A stretch of 64,000 nt of DNA from an uncultured Candidatus Binatia bacterium. GTDB taxonomy: Bacteria > Desulfobacterota > Binatia > UBA9968 > JAJDTQ01. The position numbers were made by a program, and so were the translations under genes. Location: contig OZ219754.1 of the NCBI GenBank assembly GCA_964291295.2, positions 2,496,001 to 2,560,000 of the forward strand, given 5' to 3'. The first letter of the stretch is position 1; the number at the start of each line of letters is the position of its first letter. The notes under the pieces were generated by a model. That model had not been told where the DNA came from. It was given only the letters and a program-made list of their open reading frames with translations, and did no database searches. This document shows, one piece after another, positions 1-10,323 of the stretch.

Positions 1-480
1 GAGGATGGCCAGCCGGGCGAGATCTTCATCACCATGTCCAAGGAAGGCTCCACCATCTCGGGCCTCATGGATTCCTTCGCCACAGCCGTCTCCATGGCGA
101 TGCAGTACGGCGTGCCGCTGCGGGTGCTGGTGGACAAGTTCAGCCACATGCGCTTCGAGCCCTCGGGCTTCACCCGGAACCCCGACATCCCCATGGCCAA
201 GTCCATCATGGACTACATCTTCCGCTGGCTCGCCACCAAGTTCCTCGACGGCAAGGCCCAGACCGAAGTGGGGGTGGTGAATCGGGATGCGGACGAACTG
301 GCCGAAGTGCCGGCGCCGGTGCCGAAACCGCTGGAGAAGTCCGGCGACGGATACGGCATGGCCGCCAAGGGCTTCTACCAGCAGGACGCCCCCTCCTGCT
401 CCGACTGTGGCGCCATCATGGTCCGCAGCGGTGCCTGCTACAAGTGCATGAACTGCGGTTCGGTGAGCGGGTGCTCGTAG
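1..480 (+). CDS. nrdJ: C-terminal part of class II (B12-dependent) ribonucleotide reductase, cut by window start
   Basis: Frame open from position 1 (EDGQPGEIFITMSKEGSTISGLMDSFA...FEPSG); C-terminal CSDCG...CYKCMNCG...GCS tail typical of NrdJ. Confidence 0.9.
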   Translation, partial: EDGQPGEIFITMSKEGSTISGLMDSFATAVSMAMQYGVPLRVLVDKFSHMRFEPSGFTRNPDIPMAKSIMDYIFRWLATKFLDGKAQTEVGVVNRDADELAEVPAPVPKPLEKSGDGYGMAAKGFYQQDAPSCSDCGAIMVRSGACYKCMNCGSVSGCS

Positions 481-689
481 TCCTGCGGCGCGTGCCCTTC
501 CGGGTCGCGCCCCTTCATGCCGGGGCCTTCCAGTCCGTGCCCTTGCCGGCCGCCCCGCGGGGCGGCCTTGGGTGGCCCTGTCCCGGGTCCGTTCCCCGCC
601 GCCACGCTCCCTGAAACGGATGCGCACCCCTTGAGCCGGGTGGACTGTGATCCGGGCGCGGACCGGACAGGCAGTCCTCTTGGTTTCCT

Positions 690-3119
690 TCAACCCTTGG
701 CGGCGTTGGCCGTCAGGACCAGCACCGGCCAGTCCTGCATCTCTTCCTCCGAACCGGCGGACTCGATATGGCGTCCCGTAAGCCACGGCTCCACCTGGTC
801 ACGGTAGTGCGCGGACGCCGGGTTGCCGGCTTGGCCCGGAACGATGACGAAGCGGGAGCGGATGGGGTCGCTCAGGGTCACCAGCATCCGCACCGACGCG
901 CCAACCGCCTGGTCGTAGGGGCGGGAGTGGCGGTAGTAGGCGTTGCTGACGGTGACGCCGTCGCCGCCGGCGGGGTAGGGGCCCAGCGAGAAGAACGGTG
1001 CCAGCCACCGGTTGTGTCCGAGGGCGTGCGCCAAGGTCAGGGTATGGAGTCGGCCCCAGGACCAGTGGGCGGGGTCCGGGCCCTGCCGCCGGGCGAGTTC
1101 GGTCCGGGTTTCCCGGAGACTGGCCGCCAGCACCTCCTTGCGGGTGGTGGTGCGGAACCATGCCGACCCCGGGTCGGTGAGGATGTCGTCCAGCGGCGTC
1201 ACCGGCTGGTTCAGGATCTCGGCGTAGCTCTCGAACAGCTCGTCGCCCAGGGCGGCGCCCCAGATGTTCCGCATGAGCCGGTGATAGAGGACATGGAAGA
1301 CCGCGGCGCCGGCGGACCGCGCGTGGCAGTCGTGCTCCCATTGTTCGAGGGTTTCCACGCAAGGTTGCAGGCACGGTTCTTCCCGCGCGATCTCGCGCAG
1401 CGCCGGCAGCAGGGCGTTCAGCAGCCGCTCGGCCTGAATCGACCGGGTGTCGAGCTGGAACCGGGCCATGGTCTCCATGTCCATGCGGTGCTCGCGCGTG
1501 AGCAGATGGCGGATGCGCTCGATGCGGTAGGGGGGCTCGAGCAGGTCGGACAGGTAGTAGGGGTAGCTCGGGTCCGCGATGCGGTTGTTGGCGTTGGCCA
1601 CCATGCCCTCGGGGGGGTTGTAGAGGCGCGGCATCTTGTCGAAGGGCAAGGTGCCGATCCAGTCATGAGCGGCATTCCACCCTTCCAGGGGCAGCCACGA
1701 GGGCTCCTGCCGCGCACGCATGGGAATCCTTCCCACCAGGGCATAGCCGATGTTGCCGCGGGTGTCGGCGTAGACGCAGTTGAGCGAGGGCGTGACGTGA
1801 CCTGCCATGCCGGACAGGAAACCGCTCCAGTCGCGTGCCCGGTTGATGTGGTCCAGCAGCCCCAGTTCGTTCCCCGGCGTGTGGGCGATCCACTGGAACG
1901 ACAGCACCTCCCGATCCGGAGTGCCGGGACCGGGGGATCGCGGCGGAAGGATGTCCGACAGCACCGGCCCGTGCCGGCTGTGCCGGAGCACGATTTCCAT
2001 CGGGCGGCCGCCGCGGACCGCGATGGTCTCGGCCCGGCTCTTGAACTCCGCCCAGCCGTCGGACGTGCGGTACAGCTCCGGCTTTTGGGGATGAAGCCGC
2101 TCCCGGTAGAGGTCTCCGTCATCGCACAGGGCGGCAACGAATCCCCAGGCCACGTCCCGGTTGTGTCCGACGTAGACGAAGGGAGAGCCTGGAAGCGACA
2201 CGCCCTGCACGTTCAGGGTGGGAGCCTTGCCGGAATCGGCGACGTGGCGCAGGCGATTGAGATACCAGGTGCCGGGCAGCGTCATCCGCAGATGCATGTC
2301 ATTGCACAGCAGCGCATGGTCCTCGCGCGAGTGCTCGGGTCCCACGGCCCAGCCGTTGCTGCCCTGGCCCCGGGGGATCCACGGATTCTCCGCGAAGCTG
2401 CCGTTGACAAAGCGCAGCAGCGCGGCGCCGTGGTCGCCGAGGACACGGGTGACGGCGGCGCCCCAGGATGGATAGCGCGGCATCAGGGAGCGGAGCTTCT
2501 CGGGGTCGTTGCGCAGACGTTCGTGGATTGCCAGAAAGGTGAGCCGCGTGACCAGGGCGGACGAGAGCATCAGCGCGAAGCCCTTGGCCAGGGTGAGGCA
2601 GTCCACGGGTTGCCACGGGGCGGGCTGGTGGCGCAGCAGCCGGAACTCCAGGGGCAGGCGGCGCTGGTGCCGGTCGATGCAGGCGTTGACGCCGGCGCAG
2701 TAGGCATCCACGGCCTGGGCGGACCGCTCCGACAGCAGCGGCAGGGAAAGCGCCGCCGTGTGCCGGATGGCGAGCAGCCGCATGAAGTGATCGACGCCGG
2801 TCATGCGGCCCGACGGCAGGTGGCGCGTGAACTCGCCGCGCGGCAGCTGCCGGTCGCCGAAAAGCTCGGCCAGCCGGCCGCTGAAGAAGCGCCGGTTGAG
2901 GTCCATCTGCCACAGCCGGTCCTGGGCGTGCAGGTACCCTTGGGCGAAGAACAGGTCGGCCTCGCCCCGGGCCGAAATATACGGTATGGCGAAGGGGTCC
3001 CAGCGGATGCGGACATCCCGGGCGAGTCCGGGAAGATGAACGGAGCCCTGGCGCCGGGGCAGGTTCCTGCGCGCGGCGAAACGCAGCAGCGGTGTCAGCA
3101 GCGATGCCAGGAAGTTCAT
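690..3119 (-). CDS. Penicillin acylase family Ntn-hydrolase
   Basis: FAQGYLHAQDRLWQMD, GSNGWAV (catalytic Ser), ANANN motifs; start chosen at MNFLASLL. Confidence 0.92.
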   Translation of the reverse strand: MNFLASLLTPLLRFAARRNLPRRQGSVHLPGLARDVRIRWDPFAIPYISARGEADLFFAQGYLHAQDRLWQMDLNRRFFSGRLAELFGDRQLPRGEFTRHLPSGRMTGVDHFMRLLAIRHTAALSLPLLSERSAQAVDAYCAGVNACIDRHQRRLPLEFRLLRHQPAPWQPVDCLTLAKGFALMLSSALVTRLTFLAIHERLRNDPEKLRSLMPRYPSWGAAVTRVLGDHGAALLRFVNGSFAENPWIPRGQGSNGWAVGPEHSREDHALLCNDMHLRMTLPGTWYLNRLRHVADSGKAPTLNVQGVSLPGSPFVYVGHNRDVAWGFVAALCDDGDLYRERLHPQKPELYRTSDGWAEFKSRAETIAVRGGRPMEIVLRHSRHGPVLSDILPPRSPGPGTPDREVLSFQWIAHTPGNELGLLDHINRARDWSGFLSGMAGHVTPSLNCVYADTRGNIGYALVGRIPMRARQEPSWLPLEGWNAAHDWIGTLPFDKMPRLYNPPEGMVANANNRIADPSYPYYLSDLLEPPYRIERIRHLLTREHRMDMETMARFQLDTRSIQAERLLNALLPALREIAREEPCLQPCVETLEQWEHDCHARSAGAAVFHVLYHRLMRNIWGAALGDELFESYAEILNQPVTPLDDILTDPGSAWFRTTTRKEVLAASLRETRTELARRQGPDPAHWSWGRLHTLTLAHALGHNRWLAPFFSLGPYPAGGDGVTVSNAYYRHSRPYDQAVGASVRMLVTLSDPIRSRFVIVPGQAGNPASAHYRDQVEPWLTGRHIESAGSEEEMQDWPVLVLTANAAKG

Positions 3120-3618
3120 GGAACGGCGTGTGAAACGGAATGCCACATGGGGAAATGCCACATGGGCCGGAGCCGTGTCCAGCGCCGGCGGCTTGGGCTT
3201 TGTCCCGCTGGCCCCGGGCACGGTGGCCAGCGCGGCGGCGGTGCTGGTCTATGGGTTGATCGGGCCGTTCCAGCAGTTCGCGGTGCTGGCGCCGGTCACC
3301 GTGGCAGCGTTCGTTCTGGGCGGGTTGAGCGTGGGCGTCGTGCTGCGGCGCGACGGTGGCGCCAAGGACCCCTCCCACGTGGTGTGCGACGAGGTGGTGG
3401 GGCAGTGGGTCGCGCTCCTGAGCCTCGGGTACGCGGGCCGATGGGAACTCATGCTGCTGGCATTTCCGCTGTTCCGTCTCTTCGACATCTGGAAGCCTCC
3501 GCCGGTGTCGTTCTTCGACCGCCGTCCCGGGCCCTGGAATGTCATGATGGATGACGTTGCCGCCGGCATCGGCGCCAACCTGGTCAGCCACCTTTGCCTC
3601 TTCCTCGTGTCGGGTTGA
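3118..3618 (+). CDS. pgpA: Phosphatidylglycerophosphatase A
   Basis: APGTVAS, DPSHVVCDEVVGQ, FRLFDIWKP, MMDDVAAG motifs; start may be GTG 3130. Confidence 0.92.
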   Translation: MERRVKRNATWGNATWAGAVSSAGGLGFVPLAPGTVASAAAVLVYGLIGPFQQFAVLAPVTVAAFVLGGLSVGVVLRRDGGAKDPSHVVCDEVVGQWVALLSLGYAGRWELMLLAFPLFRLFDIWKPPPVSFFDRRPGPWNVMMDDVAAGIGANLVSHLCLFLVSG

Positions 3619-3666
3619 GGATGGGGTGAACCGGGACCGTGCGTCCGGTTCGCCCGGGGGCGTCGG

Positions 3667-4584
3667 TCAGGCGCCCAGTTTCAGCAGGCGTACCGCGTTG
3701 TCGCCGAGGATCTTCCGCTTGTCCGAATCCGGCAGCCGGACGTCCCGCACCGCGTCCACCGAGCGTTCGAGGGGAATCGGCACCGGCGGGAAATCGCTGC
3801 CGAACAGCACGTGGTCCGCGCCCGCGGTTTCCACGGCGCACGTCACGGCCGGAGCGTGGAGGCTCACGGTGTCGTAGTAGAGCTGCCCGATGTAGGTGCT
3901 CGGCGCGCGCGGCAGCACGTCGGGCTCCCAGGGACCGAAGCTGTCGTCCTTGCGCAACGCGTAACCGAAGTCCAGCCGTCCGGGAAGCATCGGCAGGGCC
4001 CCGCCCACGTGGGAGCTGATCATCACCAGGTCGGGGAACCGCTCGAAGCCGCCCGTGAGGATGAAGCGCGCCAGCGAGAGGGTGGTGTCGAAGGGCCGTC
4101 CCACCATCTCGGGGAGCCGGAAGATCTCCATCCGCTCCGCACCAATGGTCACCCGGGGCGGATGAACGAACAGCGGCACGTCGAGGTCGGTGACCAGTTC
4201 GAAGAAGGGCAGGGCGTTGGGCGAGTCCAGATACTCGCCGGCGACGCTCGAGTTGATCATGATTCCCTTGAGACCGTATTCGCGTACGGCACGCTCGGTC
4301 TCCTTGAGGTGGCGGTCCCGGCCAAAGGGGACCGCGCACGCCAGCCCCAGCAGATGGTCGGGATGACGTGCGGTGGTCTCCGCCGCGAAAGCGTTGAACT
4401 CCGTCACGATGTCGAAGGCGTCCTTGTCCGCGGGCGTGCGGATCCAGTTGTTGCCGAAGACCGTCAGGTCGACTCCTGCCCGTTGCTGCTCGTCCAGCAA
4501 GCGCGGAATGTCGAAGATGGCGGGCGGCGACTTGGGATGGTACCAGCCTTGGGGCACCAGATGGGCGTGGCAATCGATGATCAT
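3667..4584 (-). CDS. Amidohydrolase_2 family protein (ACMSD/decarboxylase-like)
   Basis: IDCHAH, LFVHP, SHVGG, FGSDFP motifs. Confidence 0.88.
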   Translation of the reverse strand: MIIDCHAHLVPQGWYHPKSPPAIFDIPRLLDEQQRAGVDLTVFGNNWIRTPADKDAFDIVTEFNAFAAETTARHPDHLLGLACAVPFGRDRHLKETERAVREYGLKGIMINSSVAGEYLDSPNALPFFELVTDLDVPLFVHPPRVTIGAERMEIFRLPEMVGRPFDTTLSLARFILTGGFERFPDLVMISSHVGGALPMLPGRLDFGYALRKDDSFGPWEPDVLPRAPSTYIGQLYYDTVSLHAPAVTCAVETAGADHVLFGSDFPPVPIPLERSVDAVRDVRLPDSDKRKILGDNAVRLLKLGA

Positions 4585-4698
4585 GGCACGTGACTAATTT
4601 ATCCGTTCGGAAGTTTCAAGGCTTCGGGCAGATGACACTTGACCGCCCGGAGCGGCGCTGTTGACAAGGGCCGCCCTGGCGGCACCGGGAGACCTCCC

Positions 4699-5697
4699 AT
4701 GAAACTCGACATTGAATTCAATTCCGGCGCCCAGCTTCCCATGGGCGCCATTCCCGATTTGGCCAGGGCGGCGGAAGACAGCGGGTTCGACTGCGCCTGG
4801 GGAGGGGAGGCCAACAACAAGGATCCCACCGTGATGCTGGCGGCGGCGGCGGCGGTGACCCGTCGGCTTGAGCTGGGCACGGCGGTCTGCCATATGCTCG
4901 GGCGGACTCCGGTGAGCATGGCGCTTCATGCGGCCGGGCTCGATGAACTGTCGGGCGGGCGCTTCCGGTTCGGCCTCGGCATCTCCAATCCCACCATCGC
5001 GGGTTGGCACGGGGTGGCGTTCGATCATCCGCTGGAGCGCATCCGGGAGTATCTGGAGATCGTCGAGAGCGCTCTCCGGGGTGACAAGCTGGACTTCGAG
5101 GGCAGGTTCTACCATGCTCGGGGTTTCAAGCTGGCGTTCAAGCCCTCGGAGCATCGCATCCCGGTCTACCTGGCGGCCTTCGGGCCGCGGATGAGCCGTC
5201 TGGCCGGCCGTTCCAGCGGCGGCGTACTGATCAACATGGCCAATCCGGGGGAGATTCGCCGGATCGTCGAGAACGTCCGGGAGGGGGCCCGCTCGGCCGG
5301 CAAGGATCCCGACGCGCTGGAGATCATATGCAAGCTGCGGTGCTGCGTGGCCCGGGACAGAGCGGCGGCGCGCCAGGCGTTGGGGCGCGTCCTGACCTAC
5401 TACGCCCTGGCCGACTACTATCGCGATCTGCTGGGCCGCATGGGGTTCGGCGAGGAGGTGGCGGCGATCCGTGACGCCTGGCGTGCGGCGGGTTTCCGCG
5501 CCGCCGCCGGGCGGGTCACGGACCGGCTGCTGGACGGGTTGCCGCTGGTGGCAGGCGAGTCGGTGGCGGAAGTCCTCGAGCAGGTGAAGGCCTACGGCGA
5601 TGCCGGCGCCACCCGCGTGATCCTGCCGTATGTCCCGTGCACGGAAGACGTGGCGGCGGAGGTCCGGGAGTTCATCCGCGCTTTCGGGCGCCGCTGA
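4699..5697 (+). CDS. LLM-class flavin (F420/FMN)-dependent oxidoreductase
   Basis: AEDSGFD, LDELSGGRFRFGLG, PVYLAAFGPRM. Confidence 0.88.
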   Translation: MKLDIEFNSGAQLPMGAIPDLARAAEDSGFDCAWGGEANNKDPTVMLAAAAAVTRRLELGTAVCHMLGRTPVSMALHAAGLDELSGGRFRFGLGISNPTIAGWHGVAFDHPLERIREYLEIVESALRGDKLDFEGRFYHARGFKLAFKPSEHRIPVYLAAFGPRMSRLAGRSSGGVLINMANPGEIRRIVENVREGARSAGKDPDALEIICKLRCCVARDRAAARQALGRVLTYYALADYYRDLLGRMGFGEEVAAIRDAWRAAGFRAAAGRVTDRLLDGLPLVAGESVAEVLEQVKAYGDAGATRVILPYVPCTEDVAAEVREFIRAFGRR

Positions 5698-5807
5698 GGC
5701 CAAGGACCGGAAGAGGGACGCGGGCGTATTGACTGTCCCTCCTGGTCTGTTTCAATGTATTCGAGACGAAGCTTGAGGGAGTCCTTGATGGACCTTGATG
5801 GACTTCG

Positions 5808-6269
5808 ATGAACCTTGAGAGTTCCTCAACCTCGAACGAACCGGACCATGCGACAAGGAGAAGCTTCATCGCATTCGAACTGATCAATCCGGGCGGGCTG
5901 GAGAGGCCCGTCGGTTATTCGCACGTGGCGAAAATCTCTTCCGGCCGGCTGGTGCTCGTGGCCGGACAGGCCCCGTTCAACGCCGACGGCGCAGTGGTCG
6001 GCAAGGGAGACTTGCCGGCGCAGTTCCGGCAGGTGTGGGAGAATCTGCGGACGGCCATCGAGGGGGCCGGGGGGCGTACCCGGGACTACGCGACCCTGAC
6101 GATGTATGTCACCGACGTCGACGCGTATCACGTGAACCGCAAGGAGATCGGTGCTTCCTATCGCACGGTCTTCGGAAAGCACTTTCCCGCCATTACCATG
6201 GTTCAGGTAACGGGACTCTACAACCCGGACTGCATGGTGGAGGTGTCCGGGTTGGCCTGTATCGACTGA
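5808..6269 (+). CDS. RidA/YjgF family protein
   Basis: GYSH, VAGQ, FPAITMVQV, VEV motifs; start uncertain. Confidence 0.88.
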   Translation: MNLESSSTSNEPDHATRRSFIAFELINPGGLERPVGYSHVAKISSGRLVLVAGQAPFNADGAVVGKGDLPAQFRQVWENLRTAIEGAGGRTRDYATLTMYVTDVDAYHVNRKEIGASYRTVFGKHFPAITMVQVTGLYNPDCMVEVSGLACID

Positions 6270-6391
6270 TGGCTGGTGCGGCGGCGGGACGGGATGGGGC
6301 GTTACGTCGCTGGGGCGTTACGTCGCTTCCGCTCCCGCGGCCTTTTCCACCGCCACGGTCATGGGAGGCGCATTCGGCTGTCCCCGCACGG

Positions 6392-6574
6392 ATGAACGGT
6401 GACGATACCCTGGATTCCCTTGATTCCCCCACCGAGAGGGAGATCGTCAGCCTCTGGCATTCCTTTCGCTCGGCGGGTTTGTCGGAGAAGCAGGCGTGGG
6501 ACGCCATCATCGCCGGTATCGCCCTTGATGTCGCGTTCTCCGGCGGACGCTGCCGTCCGCGTCTGGTGCAGTGA
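6392..6574 (+). CDS. Small hypothetical protein (60 aa)
   Basis: MNGDDTLDSLDSPTEREIVSLW..., protein-like composition, fills the gap between convergent genes. Confidence 0.45.
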   Translation: MNGDDTLDSLDSPTEREIVSLWHSFRSAGLSEKQAWDAIIAGIALDVAFSGGRCRPRLVQ

Positions 6575-6607
6575 TCGGTCGGCGGTGAAGGGTGGCCTGG
6601 CCATCGT

Positions 6608-7087
6608 TCAGGTCTGTTCGGCCTGAGGGTCGGCGCGGGCAAGCAGGTCCAGCAGCGTCGCCCGGTGACGGCGTTCGACCTCCAGGAGACGCCGCAGCAG
6701 TTGGCTGTGGTCCGGCGCTTCGAGAGCCAGGCGGGAGACCTCGTCCGTGAGCCTGGCTTCAACGCGTTTCTGATCTTCCACGTCCTGGAGCATCCGTTCC
6801 CAGTGATTTCGCCCGGAGGGGATGCTTGAATCGAATTTGGCGACCCGCCCGCCGAGTTGCTCGATGCCGTCGAAAAGAAGCGCCGTGCTTTTCTCCTTTT
6901 CAGCGGCCATGCGTCGCAGCCGCTCGCCCACGAACGGGTAGGGGGCCTTTTCCGCGTGAAGTTTCAACTGGTTGGCGAGCCGGGCTAGTTCCCGGTAGGC
7001 GTCGGCCAGCACCGAACGTGTCGTGCGCTCTTCCCGCTTTGCCCGGTTGCGTTCGAACCAGCCGGTGAGGATCTCGGTCAGTGCCAT
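6608..7087 (-). CDS. Ferritin-like helical protein, function unknown
   Basis: Helical ORF with ERRH motif near C-terminus. Confidence 0.6.
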   Translation of the reverse strand: MALTEILTGWFERNRAKREERTTRSVLADAYRELARLANQLKLHAEKAPYPFVGERLRRMAAEKEKSTALLFDGIEQLGGRVAKFDSSIPSGRNHWERMLQDVEDQKRVEARLTDEVSRLALEAPDHSQLLRRLLEVERRHRATLLDLLARADPQAEQT

Positions 7088-7272
7088 GGATCATCAGGAT
7101 AGGATTCGCCGTGCGTCATGTCAAGGTCGTGTACAGGCTTGCCGGACGGCAGGCGAAGCTGGTCCCGCCGCACACTCGGACAGTCAGGACTTGCCTTCTC
7201 ACACCCCTGTCATCCGAACCCGCACGGTTTCTTGAAAACTCCCCGCAGGAACGGTACATTCAACGTTGTGAC

Positions 7273-8274
7273 ATGGCACAGTACCCGCCCATTGAAGTAG
7301 TTCGGGAGAACGACGCCGCGGCCGGGGAAGTGACCCCCGAAGCGGTCCTGCTGGACGAGGTCGAGGACGACGCCGACCAGGCGGAGGAGTCTTCCGGTGC
7401 GCCGGCTGAATCCGATGCGCTGGTTCCCTTCGACGCACTGCAAAGCTATCTCTCGGAGATACGGCGCTACCCGCTGCTCACGCGTGAGGAAGAACACGAG
7501 CTGGCCGTTCAGTACAAGCAGTATGGCGACATCGAGGCCGCCTACAAGCTGGTGCGGTCGAATCTGCGCCTGGTGGTGATGATCGCCCGGGAATACGAGC
7601 GCGCCTTCCGCAACCTCCTGGATCTGATCCAGGAAGGCAATGTCGGGCTCATGGAGAGCCTCAGGAACTTCGATCCCTACCGCGGCGTCCGGTTCCCGTC
7701 CTACGCCGTGTGGTGGGTCCGCGCCTACATCATCCGCTACCTCATGAACAACTGGCGCATGGTCAAGCTGGGGACCACCCAGGCCCAGCGCCGGCTGTTC
7801 TTCAACTTGCGGAAGGAGAAGGAGAAACTTGAAGCCGAGGGCTTCGTGCCAGGCGCCAGGCTGATAGCGCAGCGGCTCGACGTGAAGGAGTCCGAGGTGA
7901 TCGAGATGGATCAGCGGCTTTCCGGCCGCGATCTCTCCACCGATGCACCCTTGAGCGAAGGCGAGGCCGCCACGCTGCTGAACAAGCTGACCGACGACAG
8001 TCCCACCCCGGAAGAGCATCTGGCCGAATACGAGTACCGCCAGGCCATCAAGGAGCGGCTCAAGACCTTCGGAGAGGGGCTCAAGGACAAGGAACTCGTG
8101 GTCTTTCGGGAGCGGCTGATGGCGGAGCAGCCGCTGACACTGCGCGAGATCGGCATGCGCCATGGCGTCAGCCGGGAGCGGGTTCGTCAGATCGAGCATC
8201 GGGTCAAGAAGAAGCTCAAGAACTACCTGTCGCGGGAGTTCGAGGTGCTTGAGGGCTTCAACGAGCACGGTTGA
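7273..8274 (+). CDS. rpoH: RNA polymerase sigma factor, RpoH/sigma-32 type
   Basis: SNLRLVV, DLIQEGNVGLM, RpoH-box-like VKLGTTQAQRRLFFNLRK, SRERVRQIE. Confidence 0.88.
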   Translation: MAQYPPIEVVRENDAAAGEVTPEAVLLDEVEDDADQAEESSGAPAESDALVPFDALQSYLSEIRRYPLLTREEEHELAVQYKQYGDIEAAYKLVRSNLRLVVMIAREYERAFRNLLDLIQEGNVGLMESLRNFDPYRGVRFPSYAVWWVRAYIIRYLMNNWRMVKLGTTQAQRRLFFNLRKEKEKLEAEGFVPGARLIAQRLDVKESEVIEMDQRLSGRDLSTDAPLSEGEAATLLNKLTDDSPTPEEHLAEYEYRQAIKERLKTFGEGLKDKELVVFRERLMAEQPLTLREIGMRHGVSRERVRQIEHRVKKKLKNYLSREFEVLEGFNEHG

Positions 8275-8306
8275 AGTCGCCGGCGGAGTTCTGCTAAGAA
8301 TCCGTT

Positions 8307-8759
8307 ATGATTTTCGAGAACAGTATCGAGATCGGAGTGTCGCGAGACACGGCTTGGGATTTCCTCTGGGACGTGGATCGGCTGATTGCCTGCGTCCCGG
8401 GCTGCGAAGAGGCGTCCACCGTCGAGGCCGGCAAGCGTTACAACGCCAGGATGGTGGCCCGGGTGGGTCCCTTCAAGGTCACCTTCCCCATCGGGATCGA
8501 GGTTCTGGAGAACGAGCCGAAGGCCCGGATCAAGGCCCGTGCTTCCGGCAGCGACAACAAGATCGGGAGCCACCTGAAGGTGGACATCGACGTTTCGCTG
8601 GAGGATCGGGGCGAAGCGACGCTTGTCCGTATCGTCGCCTCCGTGGATATCCTCGGCAAGTTGGCGACCCTGGGCCACAGCATCATCAAGCGCAAGGCCG
8701 ACAACGACATGGCCAGATTCGCCCAGGCCGTCAAAGAGGAACTCGAGGGAGGAGCCTGA
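8307..8759 (+). CDS. coxG: CoxG/SRPBCC family protein
   Basis: ACVPGCE, VGPFKVTF, GKLATLG; upstream of coxM/S-like genes. Confidence 0.82.
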   Translation: MIFENSIEIGVSRDTAWDFLWDVDRLIACVPGCEEASTVEAGKRYNARMVARVGPFKVTFPIGIEVLENEPKARIKARASGSDNKIGSHLKVDIDVSLEDRGEATLVRIVASVDILGKLATLGHSIIKRKADNDMARFAQAVKEELEGGA

Positions 8760-8762
8760 TCC

Positions 8763-9632
8763 ATGCTGCATCCGTTCCGCCTGGAAGAGCCGGAGAGCGT
8801 CAAGGAAGCGTCCGAGTCTCTTGCCCGGTACGGCGATTCCGCCAAGGTCTACGCCGGCGGTACCGAGTTGCTGCTGGCCATGAAGGAAGGACTCGTCCAT
8901 TTCGACTGCCTGGTCAACGTCAAGAAGATCCCCGGCCTGGACCGGATTGCCCGAAACAACGGCAGCGTGAGGCTGGGAGCCTTGAGCACGCACCGGCAGC
9001 TTGAACAGTCCGAAACGCTGCAGCAAGAGTTGCCGGTGCTGGTGGAGATGGAGCGGAACGTGGCGAACCTGCGGGTGCGCGAGGTGGGGACCATCGGTGG
9101 CAACCTGACCTTTGCCGAGCCTCATGCGGACCCCGGCACCCTGCTGCTGGCCCTGGACGCCACGGTGGTGGCGCGGAAGGCCGGCGGCGAGCGGCAGATC
9201 CCCATGACCGACTTCTTCGTGGATGCCTACGAGGCGGCGCTCGAAGAGGACGAGTTGCTGACCGAGATCGTGGTCCCGTTGCCGGATGCCAGGGCCGCGG
9301 TGCGCTACCGCAAGTTCGGCTATCTGGAACGGCCGAGCGCCGGCGTGGCGTTGCACGTGATGGCGGACGAGGCGCGGGAGTCGGTGACAGACGCGCGCGT
9401 CGCCGTGGGCTGCGTCGGCCCGAAGCCGATGCGGGTGGAGGAGGCGGAGGCGCGGTTGAGGGGCAGGAGTCTTGATGAGGCGGCGAGCCTGATGGCCGAG
9501 GCCGGCGACATCGCCGGACGGGCGGCGGATGCCATCACCGACCTGCACGGCTCCGCCGAGTACAAGGAACACATCGTCAAGGTCCTGTTGACCCGGGCCT
9601 TCAACGACATTCGCGCCGAACTGGCCGGTTGA
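8763..9632 (+). CDS. Xanthine dehydrogenase/CoxM family FAD-binding subunit
   Basis: YAGGTELL, GTIGGNL..AEPHAD, HGSAEYK. Confidence 0.92.
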   Translation: MLHPFRLEEPESVKEASESLARYGDSAKVYAGGTELLLAMKEGLVHFDCLVNVKKIPGLDRIARNNGSVRLGALSTHRQLEQSETLQQELPVLVEMERNVANLRVREVGTIGGNLTFAEPHADPGTLLLALDATVVARKAGGERQIPMTDFFVDAYEAALEEDELLTEIVVPLPDARAAVRYRKFGYLERPSAGVALHVMADEARESVTDARVAVGCVGPKPMRVEEAEARLRGRSLDEAASLMAEAGDIAGRAADAITDLHGSAEYKEHIVKVLLTRAFNDIRAELAG

Positions 9633-9673
9633 TCGGCCGGCGGGACACTGGAATCGAGCGGAGGCCAGCGGTT

Positions 9674-10165
9674 ATGGCGGACAGGCAACGGCAGACCATC
9701 CCGTTATCGTTTGATGTCAACGGGAGTCGCTACGACATCGAGGTGGAACCGCACGAACTTCTCCTGGACGTGATCCGCAAGCGGCTGGGCCTCACCGGCA
9801 CCAAGCGCTCCTGCGACGTGCAGGTGTGCGGCGCATGCACGGTGTTGCTGGACGGGCGCCCGGTGAGTTCGTGTACCTTGCCGGCCTTCGAGGCCAGGGA
9901 CAAGGATGTGCTCACCATCGAGGGAATGGCCCGGGACGGCAAGCTGCATCCGATTCAGGAGGCGTTCATCAAGTATGGCGGCTTCCAGTGCGGGTTCTGC
10001 ACGCCCGGCATGATCCTTACCGCGAAGACCCTGCTCGATGAGAACCCGCACCCTTCCGAAGAAGAGGTCATCGAGTACATGAACGGCAACATCTGCCGTT
10101 GCACCGGCTACAAGAAGATCGTCGAGTCCATCATGGGGGTGGGCAAGGACGGCGAGCCTGCCTGA
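9674..10165 (+). CDS. CoxS family (2Fe-2S)-binding subunit
   Basis: GTKRSCDVQVCGACTV, QCGFCTPG, NICRCTGY. Confidence 0.94.
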   Translation: MADRQRQTIPLSFDVNGSRYDIEVEPHELLLDVIRKRLGLTGTKRSCDVQVCGACTVLLDGRPVSSCTLPAFEARDKDVLTIEGMARDGKLHPIQEAFIKYGGFQCGFCTPGMILTAKTLLDENPHPSEEEVIEYMNGNICRCTGYKKIVESIMGVGKDGEPA

Positions 10166-10323
10166 GACTTCCCTTTACGCCACTCCTCCCTGCGTCATTG
10201 TCGCGCAGTCCCGCATCCCGCCAGGGTGAGGCCGCGACCACTCCGCCGGTCATACATCTCCGCCCTCGAGAGTCCCGCTTTCGCGGTCGCGAGGGCTGTG
10301 CGGGAGCCTCGGCTTGTCCGGTA

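Noticed and set aside
768-3554. Long antisense ORFs (also 22865-24757, 24759-27383, 29902-32397)
   Set aside because: Shadows of real genes in high-GC DNA with no recognisable motifs
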